Shown piece after piece: positions 20,995-30,469 of a stretch of DNA of 64,000 nt. The stretch comes from Bryobacterales bacterium. GTDB taxonomy: Bacteria > Acidobacteriota > Terriglobia > Bryobacterales > UBA6623. The position numbers and the translations under genes were made by a program. Below the pieces are notes generated by a model. That model was not told the DNA's origin. It made no database searches and worked only from the letters and a program-made list of their open reading frames with translations. How positions within the stretch are numbered: position 1 is the stretch's first letter; the number at the start of each line of letters is the position of its first letter. Location: assembly GCA_963422375.2 (NCBI GenBank), contig OY729428.2, positions 3,072,001-3,136,000 of the forward strand, written 5' to 3'.

Positions 20995-21019
20995 CTGTTC
21001 TTCTCGATCTGTAACGTAT
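20951..21019 (+). repeat. 32-bp direct repeat (period 37) spanning the surface-protein stop codon
   Basis: GCAATAACTGTTCTTCTCGATCTGTAACGTAT at 20951 and 20988. Confidence 0.95.
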
Positions 21020-21180
21020 GGATGTTAACGCGTACTCTCAAGCAGCGCGCTTGAGGTTAGTGGCGGGCCAATGCTGCTAAGGCCCCCCTTGTATTGGAGG
21101 TTATATCCTAAAGTCACAAAGCAGTTGACTTGGCCCGCGGCATCCCTCACCCTGCAGTCACAATTCGGGGAGGGCGGACG

Positions 21181-22190
21181 ATGACGCAGAAGGCTCCGGG
21201 CAAGGCTCACCGCAAGGGATTGACACTGCTCCAGGTTGCCGGGATGTTCGGCGACGAGGCCAACGCGATGGCGTGGATTACCGAGCGCCGTTGGTCCGAA
21301 CGGCCCCCACTGCCCGAGATGCGGCTCGTTCAACGTCCAGTCGAACATCAAGCATCGGTCCATGACCCATCGCTGCCGGGACTGTAATACCGGCAAGAGC
21401 CGAGCCATGTTCACGCTCAAGATGGGCACGGTCATGGAAAGCTCCAAGCTCCCGTACCGCGTGTGGGCCATCGGCATCTACCTGTTTGCCACCAGCCTCA
21501 AGGGCGTGTCGAGCATGAAGCTGCACCGCGAGCTCGGCATCACGCAGAAGGCGGCGTGGTGCATGCTCCACCGGCTGCGCAAGACGAAGGCATCGGGTGC
21601 GGGCTGGTTCTCAGGTCCGGTCGAGGTTGACGAGACGCACATGGGCGGCAAGCGCGCCAGCATGAGCAACGCCAAGCGCCGCGAGCTGGCCGACGAAGGC
21701 GCGAGCCGGGGAGCCGCGGGCAAGGTCGCTGTGGTCGGGGCGCAGGACAGGGCCACCAAGCAGGTGCGCGCCCAGGTCGTCGAGAACACCGACAAACCCA
21801 CGCTACAGAGCTTCGTCATCGACAGCACCGTCCCGGATGCGACGGTCTGCACTGACGAGGCGGCAGCCTGCGAAGGTCTCCCGATGGCGCACGCTGCGGT
21901 CAAGCACAGCGTCAAGGAGTTCGTCCGGGGACAGCCGGGGACAGGTGCACACCAGCAGCATGGAGTCCTTCCGGTCGCTGTTCAAGCGCGGGTATGTCGG
22001 CGTCTGCCACAAGATGTCGCCCAAGCGCCTAGACCGCTACGTCACCGAGTTCCAGGGACGCCACAACGTCCGCGAATCCGACACCATCGACCAGATGGGC
22101 GGGGTCGTTGAGGACATGGGCGGTAAGCGACTCCGCTACCGTGACCTCGTCAAGCCCCATGGGCTGCCGAGCGGAGCGCGGGGGGGGCGC
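21181..22190 (+). pseudogene. IS1595 transposase, two frameshifts
   Basis: MTQKAPGKAHRKG, CPRC..CRDC, KGVSSMKLHRELG, VEVDETH, TDE, ESFRSLFKRG, KRLRYRDL. Frameshifts near 21295 and at a 10-bp duplication 21925-21944. End approximate. Confidence 0.88.
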
Positions 22191-22199
22191 TGGCCCCGC

Positions 22200-22563
22200 C
22201 GGAGCCGATTGAGCGCCGTCGCCCGGACTGGCGGTCATCGAGTGCGAAGCGACTCATGCCGCAACTCCAGGTCAAGGGGCCAACCCCGCGCCGGTGGGGA
22301 ACAAAGCTCGCGGTCGCGGTGGATGTGCCGTTCTTCGAGGCGGTCGGCGGTCCATCTGAGACACCATCGCAAGATCTGAACGACGGCGATATCGTCTGGC
22401 GGGTTCCCCGAGTCACCGACGATTACTGCCTTGTCCCGCATCATTGGAAGTGCTCTCGCTCGCAGCCTCTTGCGACAAGTTGCTGTCGGCAGAAACGGTG
22501 CGCCGGCAGGAATTCGAGGACGTGCTTCGCACGAAGCTGCAACGCATCGGAGACCGACCATGA
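22200..22563 (+). pseudogene. C-terminal fragment of a NotI-family restriction endonuclease-like gene
   Basis: RRPDWRSSSAKRLMPQLQVKGPTPRRWGTKLAVAVDVPFF..GDIVW..EFEDVLRTKL resembles the NotI-family C-terminus (recognised from memory). 5'-truncated, with a frameshift near 22447. Confidence 0.6.
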
Positions 22564-22769
22564 AACGCACCGCCCGCCCGCCCGCGGACATCCCGGAACC
22601 GCGAACCGTCGTGCTCCCGCCGCAGGACTACCAGCCGAGCAAGGCGGAACTGGAGAAGGAATGCGACATGCCGGGGATGTCGGACGAGGAGTTGCGTCGG
22701 GCGTTCTTCAGGCCGATCCGGGTCGTGCGCCAAACGCTTGGTTCCGAGTGGTTTTCAGCCCGTTTGTAA
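22560..22769 (+). CDS. Small IS-borne hypothetical protein (69 aa, YQPSKAELE motif)
   Basis: ATGA overlap with the upstream stop; MKRTARPPADIPEPRTVVLPPQDYQPSKAELEKECDMPGMSDEELRRAFFRPIRVVR; stop lies in the TIR. Confidence 0.7.
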   Translation: MKRTARPPADIPEPRTVVLPPQDYQPSKAELEKECDMPGMSDEELRRAFFRPIRVVRQTLGSEWFSARL

Positions 22770-22796
22770 CTTTAAGATATAATCCCCAATTGAAAA

Positions 22797-24255
22797 GGGA
22801 ATTATAAATCTGAGTGCCGACAACGCCATGTCCGACTAGAACTGCTCTGAGCAGGGAGGTCGGCGTCTAGCTCGGGTCATTCGGGTGCGGCCGCGGTGGG
22901 CACGGAAGGGTGGGATCGTATCTGAAGCGAACCTGCCAGCGGATTTGACGAGGCACGGATTGGCAAGCCGATTGCGTGCCCTCCGAGAGCCGAAGACAGC
23001 GGTTCCCCGGCGCTCGACGGCCTGCGTGGATGGTCCGGGCCGGACTGGGGTCGCACCGGGGCATTCCGGATCCGGTGCGACCCTCGCACCGAGCGTGAAG
23101 CGCATCGAGCGTGCAGAGTGCGCCCGCAGCGGGCCGCTGCGCGCAGCTCGGCGGGCGCCGCTCAGGCCGCGACCGCGGCCTGGCCGGTCAGCTGCCGGTA
23201 GGTCAGCGTCCGGCCGACCAGGCCCCGCGCCATGCGCCGCATCTGTTCCGCCGTGTCGCAGTTGCGGGCGTTGCGCCGTCCCGCGAACTCCGTGAGGTAG
23301 CGGCCCGAATGTTGGACGCTCATCCGGTGACAGGTTCCGTAGAGGCCGCGCTTGCACAGGGACCAAAACGACTCGCTGCCGTTCGTATGCGCCGCCCCGC
23401 GCACGTACTCGCCGCCGGAGTGCTTGACGCCCTCGTGCGCGAACTCCGCCATGCCGGCGTAGGCCGCCGCCTCGTCGGAGCGGACCTGCGCGCCCGGCGC
23501 GACGCGGCCGCGCACGAAGCCCTGCAGGTCGCCCTCGGTCGTGCCTGGCAGCGGGCGGGCGGCCACTTCGTTCGTGGCGCGGTCCCGCGCGCCCGCCACG
23601 GGGTCTTGCCGACCGGCCCGCGCCCGGCACGGGCCTTCTTGCTCTCGTGCTTGTTGCGCTCCTTGCCTCCGACGTAGGTCTCGTCCACTTCCACCGGGCC
23701 GCCGAACAGGTCCCGGTCCCGCTCCCGGCACGCGCGGATGCGGTGCGCCAGGTGCCAGGCCGACTTCCGGCTGATGCCCGGGTCGCGGTGCAGCTTCATG
23801 CTCGAGACGCCCTTGATGCCGGTGGTCAGCAGGAACAGGGCGACGGCCCGGGTGCGGTAGCCGAGCTTGGTGTCGGCCATCACGCTGCCGGCGCGCACGG
23901 AAAAGCGCTTGCCGCAGCCGCGGCAACGGTACGGCATCGAAGGGTGGGCCGCGCCGGACTGCACGCTGGAGCCGCGGCAGCGGGGGCACGCGGGACCGTC
24001 CGGCCAGCGCATGGAGGCGAACCACTTTTCTGCGGATTCGTCATCGCGGAACATGGCGATCACTTCAATCAATGTGATGCCGTTACGGAACCACTTTCCG
24101 GGACCTTGTTTCTTCATTTATGGTATCCCCTGCTGGAACTATTTTACCAAAAAATACCACAAAATGTCAACGTAAATTCCGAATAAATATGAAATCTTAT
24201 TATGACTTGATAATTTGCCGACTTGATTCCCTCAGCACTCAGATATATAATTCCC
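22797..24255 (-). mobile_element. IS1595 (ISNwi1-group) copy 2; transposase 23162-24117 frameshifted near 23598
   Basis: TIRs at both ends; 8-bp flanks ATTGAAAA / ATTGAAAT (7/8 TSD); transposase split over two ORFs. Confidence 0.93.
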
Positions 24256-24939
24256 ATTGAAATTGTCTGGCATCCCATAGAGTCTCGCTCATATTGCCCG
24301 GCCGCCGAAGGTTTCGACGGCCGCGCGGGGGGATCTGGGTCCGGAGGCGCCCTTCAAGGGTGCATACTACGTTAGGGCCATAGCGTGTACGGTCAAGAAG
24401 CACAGTCGCGCCCAGCAGCCGAAGGAAGAGACTCAGCAAGCCCGAGCCGGCGTCCGAGCTGCGAAGACGTCCGAAGCCGGCGCGGATACAGGCCTCCGGA
24501 GTGACGGTCTCGACGGGGAACGACTCAAGGTGCTCCGAGCCTTGTGGCGGATGGAGCGGATCGCGGGCGAGCCCGCGGAGGATGTCACAGGTGCCGCGCT
24601 AACGCTTAGCGGGAGCTCGCAGGCCGGGAGCCGGCTCCGCGCACGGACGCCCCGTTCCACGTGCGAGGGTGGGAAACTACTCAGTTGATCGGGCTGGTCG
24701 GGCGCGCTGGCGGAGTGCGGCATGTCGCAGGGAGTGCATGAGCTTGCGACACGTGGGGCAGAACAGCGGGACAGGGCCGCGGCAGCACGGGGACGGACGC
24801 TCGGCAGTGCTGGCGGGCGATTCGCTGGGGCCGCTGGCCGGCGGGGAGGCTGCGAGTGTCGCGAGCTGGAGGCCGCGTGGTGGACGATCGGGCCTGCGTG
24901 GTCGCCAAGGCCCGGACGAGCTGGCTGCCGTGCTGGGCG

Positions 24940-25218
24940 GCCAGCGGCCTCGGCTCTCGGAGGGCATGAAATCGTCTTGGAAGGCGTGCCCCTCCACGGC
25001 AAGCCAGGTTCCACCGGGGCGTGCGAGGCGGCCTCTCTAGTCCCGTGCGCCGTGCAATCCGCTTGCAGGTGCGATTCAGATGCGAATCCACCTTTCGGTG
25101 CCTACCACGGCCGCACACGAGTAACCCGAGCTGGGCGCCGACCTCCCCGAGCCGACCTCCCCGATCAGAGCACTTCCAACCGGATATGGCGTCGTCGGCA
25201 CTCAGATAAATAATTCCC
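24940..25218 (+). mobile_element. Orphan, diverged 3' arm of the same IS1595
   Basis: Aligns to the non-coding arm (GGTTCCACCGGGGC..GCGAGGCGGCCTCTCTAGTCC..GATTCAGAT) and ends in GCACTCAGATAAATAATTCCC. Left boundary approximate. Confidence 0.85.
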
Positions 25219-25219
25219 T

Positions 25220-25453
25220 TTCGATGGCTTGACTGAACTCAGGAGTAGCGACATCAAGGCTAGAATTGCATATCTCCTTCGAATTCGAAGCACTGCTTTC
25301 GGATTATTCCGAAGTCTTGAGGTTGAAAACTAGTGGCTGCGTGAGCCAAACTCTATATTGGACGGAAGCTCTCCTATGGATCTCCTGCTTGAAGACTCGC
25401 TCGATAACTTGCACATTGTATCCGGATTTTCCGAAATAATTGCGGTCCATTGA
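25220..25453 (+). pseudogene. MbcA/ParS/Xre (DUF2384-like) antitoxin C-terminal remnant
   Basis: Low-GC frame reading DIKARIAYLLRIRSTAFGLFRSLEVEN*WLREPNSILDGSSPMDLLL; internal TAG at 25331; 5' end cut by the IS TIR. Confidence 0.65.
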
Positions 25454-25577
25454 ACGTGACTTACGCCTTATTACACAAGCGATTGACACTGTCTTTCAGC
25501 CTAAGAAACGGCAGAATACGATCCATTTTCTTGGTTGAACGATCAAAGAGAGAACTGTAGGATTTCCTGAATTCTGT

Positions 25578-28500
25578 CTATGCCGTGGCAAGAATGATCG
25601 CTGCAATTCTCCTCGCTGTCTCGGCGAAGAATTGGACCTCGTTCACCTGCAGGGGACGCCCTAAGACCTCCCGATCGCGGTACGAGAGCCATTTCTTGAG
25701 CACTTGGTAGCCGCCCAGCTTGTAACGCCACACAGCCGCCGGGACGTTGCGCCAATAGGCACGAGAATTCAAATACACATCAAACGTGGACTGTCCTATT
25801 GCGGGCAGTGCATCGCCGAGGGCCAACCGCTCGTCCGGGAACCAACTGCGTTCAACGGCTCGGCCCCGGCCAGGCATGACGGCCTCGCCCGATCCGTAGT
25901 GGCCCCAACCGACGGTGATGACAAAGTCGCTTCCGGTCATGTTGCGGTCATTCACAGTCGCAGGAACGGCGATTCCGGCGAGTTCGCTACGCAAGCTGCC
26001 GTGCGTAACCCCGGGCACGGGCACTTCGGGATCAAGCAAGCCGACCAACTTCCGGCCACGCGCAGCCGATTCCGCGAGAGTCTCGGCCGATCCTGCATCC
26101 CGGCCGTCGGGCCAGCCGGGGACCGGAATGCGGGGCCATCCCATGCGGAGGCCTCCGGCATTGGCCGCGCGGTAGCCGGGGTCGTGCAGAACAGAGAGGG
26201 AATGGTGAATCAGGTCCGCCACGTCCGCATCCACTCGGTCGAGATACTGGCGCGCCGCTACCGAAAGATTCGGACGTCCTAGACTGCCAGCTTCAAGGCC
26301 ACCGCCGCTGGCACTCAACCGAGCCGGAAAGAAGCTCGACAGCCCGCTGCCGAAATTGTCGGCGAGGCGGCGGACCAAGGTTCCGCGCGAGAATCCCTCC
26401 TTGGCTTCCCTCTCACGGGCTTCTATCCAAGTGTTCGCCTCGAACACCTGCTTTCGATAGTCAGCCCGTTTCTCGTCAAGCAGCTTTGTGTCCCCCTCCC
26501 AGTACAGCCAGCGGATGTCGAATGGCCGGTAGGCGTAGCGGACGAATCCGCACTCAATCGGGCCCCCGCGCGCGACCAGCGCATTCCGCACTGCTCGTGG
26601 ATCGAAACGGGCTGTCTTCTTCATCGCGGAAGGGTAGCGCCGCCCGATCTCCTCGTGACTCAGAGCCGGGTCGAAATAGTCGCCGATCCGCGCTCTCAGC
26701 CGGTCCAAATCGATGTCCACGAGAAACCGGTCCCGGCTCGTCTTGACTCCTGGGAACGACACCGGAAACAGGTCCGGCAGCGCCGGCCAGTCGAACCAAC
26801 CCTTACTGACAGCCGCGGGAACGTACGGCAGGCCCAGCGCCAGCACGGGATCGACGCGGTCGTACAGCGAGGCGGGACTCTCCTCTGCCGTCCTGGTCAA
26901 CAGCGCGCGCTTATCCGAACCCCACAGGTTCCGGAATCCGATCCAGTCAGCCGGCGCATGGTCTCTCTTGCGCACCAGCGTCGCGATGGCGGTGCCGACC
27001 TGTATGCCCACGGGATCGTCCTCCGTCGAGAAGACGCTCGGGTCCGGCGTGCCGTCCGGCGCGAGCTTTCCGGTCTTGTACTTGTCGCCGTTCAGGCAGT
27101 CGATGCGGACTTCGTCGTACGCCTCCAGATAGCGCTCCCGCATCCCCGTGAACGACAGTCCGTCGAGCCAGGAGTAATTCGAAACGAAGCACACGACGCC
27201 GCTGCCCGTATTCTCGGCGATGCGACGCTCCGCCATCCGGAAGAAGCGGATGTAGAGATCGTTGAGACCCTGGCCCTCGGGCCGCCGCACGCGCTGGGTC
27301 ACGCGATACGCCTCCGTCAACTCCCGTTCCTCTTCTACCGCCATGCCGGCGAAGCCGTTGTACGGCGGGTTCCCGAGGATCACGAGGACCGGTGTTTCCT
27401 GCTTGACCCGCTCGGCGCGATCACGTTCCTGCTCCAGCTCCGGAAACGGCAGCGGCTTGCTCGACCGCGGCTCCCAACCGGTTAGCGCGTTCGTTAGGAA
27501 CACCCCCGCTCGGTCGGTTCCGTCGGCAGCGAACGGCGCTCCGAGATCCAGCATGGTGAGCCCGACTTGCAGCTGCGCCACCACGAACGGCGCGGGCATG
27601 ATCTCGAATCCGAATATCCGCTCGGTCGCCGCCCGCCGCAACTGCGCGCCCGCGAGCGCACCCAGGCCTTGCCCTTCGAGATTCGCTGCGATGCGACGCA
27701 GTACCTCGGCCAGATAGGCCCCGGTCCCGCAGCAGGGATCCAGCACGTAGACCCTGCCGTCGGCGAGCCCGTCCGCGATCCCCAAGTCGTCCCGCAGCGC
27801 CCTGTCCACGCGGGCGACCATGTAGCGGACCACCTCGGCAGGCGTGTACCAGACGCCCAGGTGCTTGCGCAGGCGGGGATCGAACGCCTCGAGGAACGGC
27901 TCGTAGAAATAGGGCACGGCTTCCCGCTCGTCGAAGCGCCCGAAGAATGCGGGCCGATTCACCCGGTCAAGCGCAGCCGCCGTCCAGTCCAGCACCTCCA
28001 CGAGGCCCAGCTGCTGCAGTCGGCCGGGATCGGACAGCTGCTGGAATAGCGCCCGCAACACCGGCGCGCGCAAGTGCCAGCCCGACTCGCGCCAGCTGAA
28101 GCGAGCGGGGTCGTAACCGTCTCCGAACAGCGGTCCGTGGTCGATCCGCAGGCGTCGCGACCAAAGCACCCATGCCGAGAACACGCCGTAGAACAGAGTC
28201 TGCACGAGGGTCGAACGGAAGAACTGCGCTCCCCGCGACCCCTCGAAACGCACGCCGAGAGCTTCTTCGAGGGCCGTCCTCACGGCCCGGAGGGATTCAG
28301 CGTCGCCGGCCGCCTCGACTCGGGCGAGCCCGTCGCGGGCGTACGACGCTAGCAGCCACGCTAGGTCCCTCGGCTCGACGAGAGCCGCGCGATGGGCCAG
28401 CGCGCGGCAGAGATATTCGGCGAGACTCGCGCCGACCTTCCGGGCGAATGCCCGCGGCCGAAGCAGCTGGCGCTCGAATGCCGCCGTGCTGTCTGCCAGA

Positions 28501-28940
28501 CGGAAAGATTCCAGCTTCGCCGGCCGCCCGGACGAATCTTCGCCCACCAGCACGAAATCGCACGTGTTGGTCACCAGCACCAGTCGGTACCGCTGCCAGT
28601 AGCGGCCGGCCTGGTCGCCAGCCGCCGTCAGCCAAGCGTCATCTCCGACGGACTTGACCTCGACGACCCCGCGCTCCGGCACCTGCCCCCCGCGGGGCCG
28701 GCCCCTCTGCACCTGCCCCACCGTATAGAGACCGAAGTCCGGATGACCCGCGCCTTGGTCGGCGATCTCGCCGACGCAGAAAACCCTTGGCTTGAGCGTC
28801 GCTCCCACGTGGTTCAGCAGGGTCGAGAGCGGGCCGTATCTCGAGCGCTCCTGGGTCGCGCCGCCCGTCCCGCGCACCGACCGGAGATCGGAAAAGTAGG
28901 TCTCGACAGCCGCTACGAGTCTGTTACCGGTGCCGGTCAT
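25578..28940 (-). CDS. Single-chain type ISP-like/IIG restriction-modification enzyme (N6-adenine MTase with ISP C-terminal specificity domain)
   Basis: N-terminal HPDF..VVEVK (PD-(D/E)xK-like), YFYEPFL..GVWYTP, VLDPCCGTG, GNPPY, YAYRPFD.RWLYW, VW.YKLGGYQVLKKWLSYR. Confidence 0.9.
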   Translation of the reverse strand: MTGTGNRLVAAVETYFSDLRSVRGTGGATQERSRYGPLSTLLNHVGATLKPRVFCVGEIADQGAGHPDFGLYTVGQVQRGRPRGGQVPERGVVEVKSVGDDAWLTAAGDQAGRYWQRYRLVLVTNTCDFVLVGEDSSGRPAKLESFRLADSTAAFERQLLRPRAFARKVGASLAEYLCRALAHRAALVEPRDLAWLLASYARDGLARVEAAGDAESLRAVRTALEEALGVRFEGSRGAQFFRSTLVQTLFYGVFSAWVLWSRRLRIDHGPLFGDGYDPARFSWRESGWHLRAPVLRALFQQLSDPGRLQQLGLVEVLDWTAAALDRVNRPAFFGRFDEREAVPYFYEPFLEAFDPRLRKHLGVWYTPAEVVRYMVARVDRALRDDLGIADGLADGRVYVLDPCCGTGAYLAEVLRRIAANLEGQGLGALAGAQLRRAATERIFGFEIMPAPFVVAQLQVGLTMLDLGAPFAADGTDRAGVFLTNALTGWEPRSSKPLPFPELEQERDRAERVKQETPVLVILGNPPYNGFAGMAVEEERELTEAYRVTQRVRRPEGQGLNDLYIRFFRMAERRIAENTGSGVVCFVSNYSWLDGLSFTGMRERYLEAYDEVRIDCLNGDKYKTGKLAPDGTPDPSVFSTEDDPVGIQVGTAIATLVRKRDHAPADWIGFRNLWGSDKRALLTRTAEESPASLYDRVDPVLALGLPYVPAAVSKGWFDWPALPDLFPVSFPGVKTSRDRFLVDIDLDRLRARIGDYFDPALSHEEIGRRYPSAMKKTARFDPRAVRNALVARGGPIECGFVRYAYRPFDIRWLYWEGDTKLLDEKRADYRKQVFEANTWIEAREREAKEGFSRGTLVRRLADNFGSGLSSFFPARLSASGGGLEAGSLGRPNLSVAARQYLDRVDADVADLIHHSLSVLHDPGYRAANAGGLRMGWPRIPVPGWPDGRDAGSAETLAESAARGRKLVGLLDPEVPVPGVTHGSLRSELAGIAVPATVNDRNMTGSDFVITVGWGHYGSGEAVMPGRGRAVERSWFPDERLALGDALPAIGQSTFDVYLNSRAYWRNVPAAVWRYKLGGYQVLKKWLSYRDREVLGRPLQVNEVQFFAETARRIAAIILATA

Positions 28941-29271
28941 TGATCACGCTGCTGCGGGAGGTGGACCCGTCGCAGGCGCGACGGAAGCCCCTCGGGCACG
29001 TGCGACAATCTCGATGTTGCCAACGGCGCCCCCCGGGACGCTCCCGACAGACCATCGCTCCTCCTGATCATCGCGCCGGGAAGACTTGAATCGGATCGGG
29101 GACTGCGGCGCGGAGATCTCGGCAGATCCCGCGCTGTCGCCAACACGAGCCGCGGAACCTCCACCAGATTGCGACAACCGATCCTCGGGCCCAGCCTTGA
29201 CGTTCCAGGGAGCGGCGGGCGTCGGTCGGCCGCCCGCTTCCTCGAGCGCATGCGCAAACACCACCCGCCCC

Positions 29272-29994
29272 ATGAGCACCCTCGTACTCGTCCGTCACGG
29301 CCAAGCCAGCGCCTTCACAGAGTCCCCGGACCGGCTGACGCCCATTGGATGGGAGCAGGCACGCCTCCTGGGTCGGTACTGGGCCGAGCTTGACGAGCGG
29401 TTCGACGCCGCCTACCACGGAACGCTGCGACGGCAGCGCGAATCGTACCAAGCGACAGCCTCCGCGCTCCGCGAGGAGGGCAAGGAATTCCCCGAAGCCA
29501 TCGTCCTGCCCGGCCTGAACGAGTACGATGCCCAGGATCTGATTGCGGAGATCGCCCCTCGCCTAGCGGGCCGGGATTCGGAGTTCGCGCCCCGGTGGGA
29601 CAGCTGGATTGCCAACTCGCAGTCTTCGGACCGCAACCGGCGGTTCCAGCGGATGTTCGAAGCATTGGTTGCGAGATGGGTGGACGGGACGCTTGAAGAG
29701 CCTGGCTTGGAGCCTTGGGAGAGCTTCAGGTCGAGGGTGGCGACGGCCCTCCGGCAAATCCGCGAAAGCCAGACCGGAGGCAGGCGCGTGGTCGCCTTCA
29801 CGTCGGGAGGTCCGATCGGCGTCGCAGTGCAATCCACCCTGGGAGCTTCGCCCAATGCGGCGGTGGAGGTCAACTGGCGCGTGCGCAACACGTCGCTGAC
29901 CCGATTCTTGTACAGCGGCTCTCGAGTCTCGCTGGACGGCTTCAACGAATTGCCGCATCTGGCTCGGTCGCCAAGGTTGGTTACGTTCAGGTGA
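29272..29994 (+). CDS. Histidine phosphatase (phosphoglycerate mutase-like) family protein
   Basis: MSTLVLVRHGQAS, GTLRRQ, LNEYD, FTSGGPI, FNELPHL. Confidence 0.92.
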   Translation: MSTLVLVRHGQASAFTESPDRLTPIGWEQARLLGRYWAELDERFDAAYHGTLRRQRESYQATASALREEGKEFPEAIVLPGLNEYDAQDLIAEIAPRLAGRDSEFAPRWDSWIANSQSSDRNRRFQRMFEALVARWVDGTLEEPGLEPWESFRSRVATALRQIRESQTGGRRVVAFTSGGPIGVAVQSTLGASPNAAVEVNWRVRNTSLTRFLYSGSRVSLDGFNELPHLARSPRLVTFR

Positions 29995-30469
29995 CGCGAC
30001 TGGCCGCTCTATCTCAGGCTCGAGACGCAGTTCCCGACGCTTGCCCAGGACAGTTCAAGGTATTCCGCGACACGCAACGTTGGCGCGTGCCGGGGGACCG
30101 TAGAAGACATCGGCTCGTTCCGAGTCCGGCGGCCCGGTCGCGGCGGAGGCGCTGCTGCTGCGAGTCGCAAGCCTCCTGCGGGCGCACCTAGGACGCGGCT
30201 GTCGACACCAGCCCCCACCTCCGAGCGCACGGCTAGTACCGACAAACGGGGCGGCGCACTTCGATCATCTCACGGGAGCCCCCGCGCTCCACGGCGAGGC
30301 GCTTGGCCGCGAGGGCTCGGTCCGCCTCGAGCCGCGAAGCACCGCGCCCGGATGCCGGAGCCACGCTCGACAGATCTGAACTCAGAGCGTTCAAGGGCCG
30401 CTCCCGGGGCGAGATGCGGCCGGACGTTGCGCAGGCAGTCCTAGCGACTTGACCAAGCAGTGTCGCGAT

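Larger units (their letters stand above)
21096..22787 (+). mobile_element. Second ISNwi1-group IS1595 element with passenger genes
   Basis: TIRs GGAGGTTATATCCTAAAGTCACAAA and reverse complement GGGGATTATATCTTAAAGTTACAAA (21/25 identical) enclose a transposase and two passengers. Confidence 0.85.

Noticed and set aside
20951..21019. 32-bp direct repeat as a mini CRISPR array
   Set aside because: There are only two copies with a 5-bp gap, it overlaps coding sequence, and no cas genes are present.
24256..24940. Unassigned stretch between IS copy 2 and the orphan arm
   Set aside because: No recognisable ORF, repeat or RNA; probably degraded DNA.
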